In this document: piece by piece, positions 8,291-13,965 of the stretch | Position numbering within the stretch: the stretch's first letter is position 1 | Layout of the letters: every line of letters begins with the position of its first letter | DNA from: Armatimonadota bacterium | Lineage (GTDB): Bacteria; Armatimonadota; Zipacnadia; Zipacnadales; UBA5352 | NCBI GenBank assembly: GCA_034722055.1 | Contig: JAYENL010000045.1 | Coordinates: forward strand, 1-13,965 | Reading direction: 5' to 3' | Length of the DNA: 13,965 bases | Translations under genes and position numbers: made by a program | Notes under the pieces: generated by a model | Database searches by the model: none | Seen by the model: the letters and a program-made list of their open reading frames with translations, nothing else | What the model was told of the DNA's origin: nothing

Positions 8291-11200
8291 TCAATCCTCC
8301 TGCACCAGCACGATGAAGTCCAGCCCCAGGCCGTCGCCGAGATTCGTCATGCGGATGGTGTGCTGGCCCGCGGAGAGGGGGACCACGACCTCGTTGCCCT
8401 CAGCGTCCTGAAGCGGACGGTACTGCCAGTCGGTGGGGTTGGTGCCGTAGCCGCCGGTGTGCGGGAAGGCGAACTCCTCGGCCGCCTCGTGCGGCGGCTC
8501 CCCGTCGATCTCGATGCGCCGGCGCGCGTTCTCCGAGCCTGTGGCGTAGCGGAAGATGACCCGGTAGCGCCCATCCTCGGGGACCCCGAGCCGCCACTGC
8601 AGCCAGTGTCCCAGGTCGGCGTGCCACTTGGTGATCATCGTGCCCCAGGTGGCATGGCGGTCGTCGCGCTCCTCCACTACCCCCTCGCCCTGCTCGGCGA
8701 AGTCCTCGGCCTGAACCACGATGAGCCGATCCTCGGGAAGCTCTGCCAGCCACCCGGGCTTCTCAAAGGGAACCAGCGCCTCCTGCTCCCGCTCTTCCAG
8801 GGTCAGACCCATCGCCGCCAGGTCCGCGAGCAGCCGCGGCGCGCAGCGGTAGTACATCGAGAACCCCTTCCCGTAGGCGCTGCCGCCGGCGCCGAGGGCC
8901 AGGGCATGGGTCAGCGGGTCGAGGAAGCGCTCGTCCTCCGTCCAGCGGTAGGCGCGGGCGACGCCCTCGACCATGAGCGGCGAGGCGCCGGAGCCGTAGC
9001 GGGTATTGGGGCAGGAGGTGTAGCGGAAGCCGTGGGTCTCGTCAGAGTAGCACTCATCGAGCAGATAGTGCGCGCCGCGGATGATGGCCTGCTTGACGGC
9101 CGGCTCCTGGGTCACATCATGGTAGTAGGTCAGGCCCGTCAGGAGGATGGCGACCATGAAGCCGGCGTTTCCGCGATGCCGCGGCTCGCAGTGGCAGTGG
9201 CCGGGGACCATCATGCGCGACCAGCCGCCAACCTGGTGGGTGCGGCCGGGCTCCTTCTGATACTCCGGCAGCTCGCGAGGCTCCACGTCCTGGGTCTCCA
9301 GCACGCGGTCCACCACGACCCGCGCCGCGTTCAGGTAGTAGGGATCGTTGGTGGCCGCAAGGGCAGAAGCGAGCATAATGAGGTGCCAGCCCGGCGTGCG
9401 GCAGCTCGTCCAGTCGTAGGGGCGGGAGAGCTGCTTGTCGGTGAAGAAGTCGGCCACCGCCGTGCCGGTCGCCAGCGAGCGCGGGTCGCCGGTCAGGAAG
9501 TAGTGGTCGAAGTGGCCCTCGGTCCAGGCATGGCTGACCGTGAAGCCGGCTCTCGGGAAGCCCAGCGTATCAGGCACGGACCTGTCGTAGTAGCCGCCCA
9601 CGTGGCACATCTGGTGCACGTACACGGCGCCGACGTCCCCGGGGTCGGATGACCACTGCACGGTGTCAATGTCGCGGTTGTGCAGCTCGGTGGCGTGGCC
9701 GAGGAAAAACGCGTCCGGATTGCCCGAGCGGATGTACTCCACGAAGAAGGCGTGCTGGGTGTCGTACTCGATGTTGCCCCAGTTGGAGCCGCGCTCACCG
9801 TACCAGTCCCCGTAGTTCATCATCCCGAAGTCATGCCGGCGCTCTTGCATCTCGGCGTAGCGCTCCAGGTTGCGGTCGATGGCCTCCTCGTAGGCCGCGA
9901 AGCGCTCCTCATCGCGCGGCGCCACGCTGTAGAAGGCCTTGCTGTCGCAGTACCACTGCGGCTGAGCGGTCAGCAGCAGCGGGCGCTGGAAGATCCGCGG
10001 GTGGGCTACAACTGCCGCCTCGTCGCCGCCGAAGTCCACCAGCATCTCGTGGGTCTTCGCCATGCCGCGCTTGAGGGTGTAGGTGCCGTCGCGCAGGTAG
10101 TAGTAGAGGTGGTGGCCCTCCTCCTCGAAGGGGAACTCATCGTAGAGGCCGGCCTCGAAGTCCGGGCAGAGGTCGATGTGCAGCCCGTCATCGGCGATCT
10201 CGAAGCCCTTGGGGTAGTTCTGCCAGCAGTCGCGCACGGAGACGGCCACCGAGGCGTCGTCGGCGATCACTCCCCCGCCCAGGCGGCCCTCGACCGGCTC
10301 GCCACCCGCGGGCACGAACTCGTTGTCGAAGCGCTGCCAGACGCGCGGCGTGCCGGGATTGAGCGCGAGCAGCACTGAGCCGTCCGTGCCCAGGACCTTC
10401 CAGCCCGGCTCGGAGGAGGGCACAACGTAGCTGAGGCGCTGGATGTCGGTGAACTCGCTCTCGCCGAGGTCATTCATGAAGGTATGGTGCACGCGCAGGA
10501 ATGCCTGGCCGCGATAGGCCATGATGCGCTGCTCGATGCGGAAAGAACCGCCGCCCTCCTCGGACATCAGATCACCGGCGGTCTTCACCACGCAGCGGAT
10601 GGGCCCATTCTCCTCCAGCGTCACTTCGGCGTCCGAGAGGGCGCTGGAGAAGGTCGTGCCATCCGCGCCCACAAGCTCGGTGATGCACGGGCCGTCGGGC
10701 CCAACGATCTGCCCGTGCGCATCCACGGTGAACTGGGACGCGCCGGTGTCGATGATCACCTCGCCGGCCTCAACGCGCGCCATTGGCACGGGCTCAGCGC
10801 CGCGGCTGACCTCGCGGCCGAACTCCAGGACGTACTGGGCGCTCTGGCCGGCGGGGACGTCAGACAGCAGCGTCACCAGCACCCACTTGATGCTGCCGTC
10901 GCGCCACGTGCCCAGCGGCTTGAGCTGCGCCAGGACCTCCTCGCCATCGCGCATCACGCGCACGTCGTCCACGCTGCCCAGCGCGCCCTCGGGGAAAGGA
11001 GCGCCGCCCGTCACCGGCCAGGCCTCAGCGTCCACATCATGCCAGTTGCGGACGGTCAGCGGGACCCGAGTGACACCCTCGCGGGTGGGCGGCGGCTCGA
11101 TCCCGTCGGCGGTGAACTCCACGTCGGGGCCGTAGTACGGCTCCCCGTCGGGGTCGATGCCCACGCCCCGGCCGTGGTAGGTCACGCCCGGCTCCAGGCC

Positions 11201-12487
11201 CGTGAGGCGCACCCGGTGCACCAGCCGGTGGCAGTCCTCGGTCGCCACCTGCCCGTAATCGGTGGTGCGCCCGTACTCGAAGCGGCTCGACGACGGCCAG
11301 GTGGTCGTCCAGGAGATCCAGGCCTGTCCCTCGGTGTTCACCGGGGCGATCCAGTTCGTGTTCTCGACCAGGTACTCGATCTCACGGTGCTCCGGTGCCT
11401 CAGGCATCAGCAGCAGCCGGGAGACGCCGTGGCGGCCCCCGGGGCCGACGGCCTCCAGAGTCACGACGTCGCCCTCCTGCAACTCCACGGGCTCGGAGAG
11501 GTGGTAGATCCAGTGGCGGTTGTTGTCGGCGTTGGCCACCGCGATGCCCATGAACTCGTCGTTGACGCGTATTCCGATGCGCTCGTCGTTGCCATCATCG
11601 TACATCAGGAACCCGACGTAGTAGCTGCCGGGCCGCTGGATCGTCCAGCTCGCGGTGGCCCCCTGGGCCTCCCGGGTGAGGTGCCCGTAGCGGCGAGAGG
11701 TGAACAGGTCCACCGGCCAGTCCTCAGTGGCCAGCTCGTCGTATCGGACCACCACGTTGGCCTCGTGGCGGAGGACCGGGCGGATGATGTCCAGCCCGAA
11801 GGTCCCGGTCACGTTGTGGCTCTCGGTGTAGTCGATGGGGCGCACGATCTTGTCGCGGTCGTTCACAGGGATCCCCTCCACGAGAAACTGGGAGGTGGAG
11901 TCGCTCATCGCGGGCTGCTCTCCGGCCTCGGTGGTGGTGTGGCACAGCACCCACATGCGGAAACGAACGCCGTTCTCATCGCGGCCCAGCTCGCAGTCGG
12001 CGGAGGTATACAGCACGTTGCCCTCCGTGGCGATGGAGACCACCGGGCCGGAGCTGCGCCGGCCGTCGGCGGTGTAGAAGTTCGACCACGGCCCGCCTCC
12101 GGACAGGCTGAGCATGTACTCGCAGCCGCGGCCCTCGCGACCGGTGGTCTCATCGGCGTCCGCATCGATGTAGAGATGATGGACGGTGTTCTCAAGCTGC
12201 GGGGGCTCGGCGAAGGTCGTCCGCCACAGGTAGCGGTCCTCGGCCACGTGGCAGAACTCGACGGTGAGGACGTCCTTGGTGGGGTCGTAGCCCTCCTCCT
12301 GCCGCCTCTGTTCCGACTCCAGGCCGTCCTCGTGGATGAGCTGCAGGGCCTCCGGCAGCTCGGGGTCGGTGCCCAGGGCCTCCTCGTGCTCGTCGAGGAT
12401 GCCGTCGCCGTCGGTGTCGGCGGCGAAGCAGGGAAGAGCAATGATCAGCGCCATCAGAGCAATTAAGATGCTGAAACGGCTGCGCAT
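8291..12487 (-). CDS. Secreted 1398-aa multidomain protein: TSP3-like Ca-binding repeat, CBM-like domains, FN3-like domain, PcRGLX/YetA (PL26-like) module, C-terminal CBM6/35-like domain
   Basis: GAGGAGG RBS and signal peptide. 'DTDGDGILDEHEEALGTDP' (TSP3-like). 'WTTTWPSSSRFEYG...HRVRLTGLEPGVTYH' (FN3-like). 'WPVTGGAPFPEGAL...WRDGSIKWVLV', 'ENGPIR', 'WQNYPKG', 'GMMNYGDW', 'WGNIEYD' and 'HNRDID' (PcRGLX/YetA-like). 'QAEDF...GRYRVIFRYA...LSAGQHTIRM...LDFIVL' (CBM6/35-like). Confidence 0.72.
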   Translation of the reverse strand: MRSRFSILIALMALIIALPCFAADTDGDGILDEHEEALGTDPELPEALQLIHEDGLESEQRRQEEGYDPTKDVLTVEFCHVAEDRYLWRTTFAEPPQLENTVHHLYIDADADETTGREGRGCEYMLSLSGGGPWSNFYTADGRRSSGPVVSIATEGNVLYTSADCELGRDENGVRFRMWVLCHTTTEAGEQPAMSDSTSQFLVEGIPVNDRDKIVRPIDYTESHNVTGTFGLDIIRPVLRHEANVVVRYDELATEDWPVDLFTSRRYGHLTREAQGATASWTIQRPGSYYVGFLMYDDGNDERIGIRVNDEFMGIAVANADNNRHWIYHLSEPVELQEGDVVTLEAVGPGGRHGVSRLLLMPEAPEHREIEYLVENTNWIAPVNTEGQAWISWTTTWPSSSRFEYGRTTDYGQVATEDCHRLVHRVRLTGLEPGVTYHGRGVGIDPDGEPYYGPDVEFTADGIEPPPTREGVTRVPLTVRNWHDVDAEAWPVTGGAPFPEGALGSVDDVRVMRDGEEVLAQLKPLGTWRDGSIKWVLVTLLSDVPAGQSAQYVLEFGREVSRGAEPVPMARVEAGEVIIDTGASQFTVDAHGQIVGPDGPCITELVGADGTTFSSALSDAEVTLEENGPIRCVVKTAGDLMSEEGGGSFRIEQRIMAYRGQAFLRVHHTFMNDLGESEFTDIQRLSYVVPSSEPGWKVLGTDGSVLLALNPGTPRVWQRFDNEFVPAGGEPVEGRLGGGVIADDASVAVSVRDCWQNYPKGFEIADDGLHIDLCPDFEAGLYDEFPFEEEGHHLYYYLRDGTYTLKRGMAKTHEMLVDFGGDEAAVVAHPRIFQRPLLLTAQPQWYCDSKAFYSVAPRDEERFAAYEEAIDRNLERYAEMQERRHDFGMMNYGDWYGERGSNWGNIEYDTQHAFFVEYIRSGNPDAFFLGHATELHNRDIDTVQWSSDPGDVGAVYVHQMCHVGGYYDRSVPDTLGFPRAGFTVSHAWTEGHFDHYFLTGDPRSLATGTAVADFFTDKQLSRPYDWTSCRTPGWHLIMLASALAATNDPYYLNAARVVVDRVLETQDVEPRELPEYQKEPGRTHQVGGWSRMMVPGHCHCEPRHRGNAGFMVAILLTGLTYYHDVTQEPAVKQAIIRGAHYLLDECYSDETHGFRYTSCPNTRYGSGASPLMVEGVARAYRWTEDERFLDPLTHALALGAGGSAYGKGFSMYYRCAPRLLADLAAMGLTLEEREQEALVPFEKPGWLAELPEDRLIVVQAEDFAEQGEGVVEERDDRHATWGTMITKWHADLGHWLQWRLGVPEDGRYRVIFRYATGSENARRRIEIDGEPPHEAAEEFAFPHTGGYGTNPTDWQYRPLQDAEGNEVVVPLSAGQHTIRMTNLGDGLGLDFIVLVQED

Positions 12488-12707
12488 GCTGAGCGCCTCC
12501 TCAGTGTCTCCGTGGCTCCCCGCGCCAGCATTGTGTCAGACTGTCGCGTCTGTTCGCGACGCCGCGGGCATGGACCTGCGCGTCCGCGTCGTCTTAGCGC
12601 GCCGCGTCCTACGGCTATCGGCTCGCCACGACGCGCCAAGCGCCGTGGCGCAGCCGCGCCACAGTCGGCGAGGCAGGCATTCTCGCGCGAGTCGCGAAGA
12701 CCTACAT

Positions 12708-12757
12708 AGGACAGGTTGCGGGAGGCCCTCATAATGACCACGGCGGCCGCCGTGGTC
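12708..12757 (+). promoter_or_regulatory. Possible sigma70-type promoter followed by a perfect 22-bp palindrome
   Basis: AGGACA (12708-12713), 16 nt, then CATAAT (12730-12735). GACCACGGCGGCCGCCGTGGTC (12736-12757) follows immediately. The palindrome is certain; the promoter call is weak. Confidence 0.4.
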
Positions 12758-12801
12758 GCGGCGGTTCTCGCGAACCATCACCGACCTGGAAGGGTGGACC
12801 A

Positions 12802-13230
12802 ATGGCACACGCATCAGATGGAGATACCGTGAAGGTACACTACATCGGGAAGCTCGACGACGGCACTGTTTTCGACAGCTCCCGCGAACGAGACCCCATT
12901 GAGTTCACCATCGATGAGGGCGAGGTCATCCCGGGCTTCGAGGACGCGGTCAGGGGCATGGAGGTAGGCGAGAGGAGGACGGTCGAGGTCTCGCCAGAGA
13001 AGGGCTATGGCCCCCGGCACGAGGACGCCATCTTCGAGGTCCAGCGGGACCAAATGCCTGACGAGATCGACCCCGAGGTGGGTATGCAGTTGCAGGTCCG
13101 GGGCCAGGATGGGCGGCCCTTCGCCGCTCGGGTGGCTGAGGTTGGCGACGAGAGTCTGACGCTGGACGCCAACCATCCCCTGGCGGGCGAGACGCTCACC
13201 TTCGACCTGGAGCTTGTCGAGATAGCATAG
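12802..13230 (+). CDS. slyD: FKBP-type peptidyl-prolyl cis-trans isomerase, SlyD/SlpA type with insert-in-flap domain and no His-rich tail
   Basis: VKVHYIGKLDDGTVFDSS, VIPGFEDAVRGMEVGE, PEKGYG and LDANHPLAGETLTF. GAAGGG upstream. Confidence 0.88.
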   Translation: MAHASDGDTVKVHYIGKLDDGTVFDSSRERDPIEFTIDEGEVIPGFEDAVRGMEVGERRTVEVSPEKGYGPRHEDAIFEVQRDQMPDEIDPEVGMQLQVRGQDGRPFAARVAEVGDESLTLDANHPLAGETLTFDLELVEIA

Positions 13231-13317
13231 CCGCGGACGTGGGCGGGGGGCCCCCAACCTCCGGCGCCGCCCGCCTGCCTCTCCATCCAGATCTCGGCTC
13301 GCCGGTCACATCCGCCG

Positions 13318-13349
13318 GGCTGGTGGCGCCAGCCGCCACCCAGTGGCGG
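13318..13349. other. Two overlapping short hairpins between convergent genes (possible terminator or stabiliser)
   Basis: GGCTGG/CCAGCC (13318-13334) and CCGCCAC/GTGGCGG (13333-13349). No U-tract. Confidence 0.3.
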
Positions 13350-13359
13350 TCTCACCGAC

Positions 13360-13740
13360 TCACTGGTAGTAGCGCCACTTCAGGTTCAGCGCCTGGTTGC
13401 ACTGCACCCACTTGGCGTGGCCGTCTGCGAACGCGAAGTTGTTCCCGCCACTATGCCGGCCGAAGCGATCGGGGTACTTGTTGGCCTCTTTGTAGATGTA
13501 GTACCTGTATAGTCGCGGGTTGGCCGATGACCTGTAAGAGTCTGCCATGATGGGCAGCTCGGCCGGGTGCTCGATCAGGGACAGAGGGCAGCCGTCATAC
13601 CGGACGTCAAAGCTGGGGGGAGAGGCCCTCATGCCGCGCGTGGGGTGACCGATGTAGTAGCCCCAGCCGCGCCAGTTGCAGCCATAGCCGGGATCCAGGA
13701 ACTTATCCGACGGGCACTTGACGGATTCGGATGTCCCCAT
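13360..13740 (-). pseudogene. Orphan C-terminal half of a DUF1559/prepilin-associated H-X9-DG protein (intact 126-codon frame, N-terminus absent)
   Basis: 'KCPSD...GYGCN...IEHPAELPIMADS...RHSGGNNFAFADGHAKW'. There is no GFTLIELLVV prepilin segment, an in-frame TGA lies at 13798-13800, and no SD is seen before ATG 13740. Confidence 0.75.
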
Positions 13741-13769
13741 ATTTCGGAGTACGCGGCATTTGCTCTTTG

Positions 13770-13964
13770 CTACCGAGGTCGCCAGTTTAGCCTCCCATCA
13801 ACGCTCTTATCTCTAAACTGAGGATACTTAAACCACTTAGCATGACCATCAAGTAGCAATACATTCTGTCCGTCGTTATGAGTCGATGGTATCCATACTT
13901 CTGGATTGTCATAACTTGATCCTGGCCAGCCGATAAAGTTCCAGTACCAGCGGCCTTTAGGGTG
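13770..13964 (-). CDS. 3' end of a second H-X9-DG (DUF1559/prepilin-associated) protein, truncated by the window edge
   Basis: Manual translation (not in the ORF track): HPKGRWYWNFIGWPGSSYDNPEVWIPSTHNDGQNVLLLDGHAKWFKYPQFRDKSVDGRLNWRPR*, with TAG at 13770-13772. Confidence 0.85.
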   Translation of the reverse strand, partial: HPKGRWYWNFIGWPGSSYDNPEVWIPSTHNDGQNVLLLDGHAKWFKYPQFRDKSVDGRLNWRPR

Positions 13965-13965
13965 T

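Noticed and set aside
13741..13772. Frameshift or readthrough joining the two H-X9-DG ORFs
   Set aside because: The upstream module ends at a normal distance after its motif, the 29-nt gap puts the ORFs out of frame, and no slippery heptamer is seen.
13360..13965. Diversity-generating retroelement TR/VR pair
   Set aside because: The two modules match only around the DGHAKW motif, differences are not adenine-specific, and no RT is visible.

Overview
High-GC bacterial window; the protein families present suggest Armatimonadota or a PVC-type organism (inference). Genes: a Gfo/Idh/MocA oxidoreductase (+); three large secreted, poorly classified glycan-active proteins (-): a TIM-barrel GH-like protein, a CBM/discoidin + GH123/DUF4091-like protein, and a 1398-aa PcRGLX/YetA (PL26-like) multidomain protein; glmM (+); and an FKBP-type PPIase (+). 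The right end has two tandem H-X9-DG (DUF1559/prepilin-associated) C-terminal modules. The upstream one is low-GC (~46%) and missing from the ORF track. The downstream one is an orphan lacking the prepilin N-terminus, which suggests C-terminal cassette displacement. Intergenic regions carry many REP-like hairpins, including a quasi-periodic array at 1334-1619 whose units differ in sequence but share one architecture.
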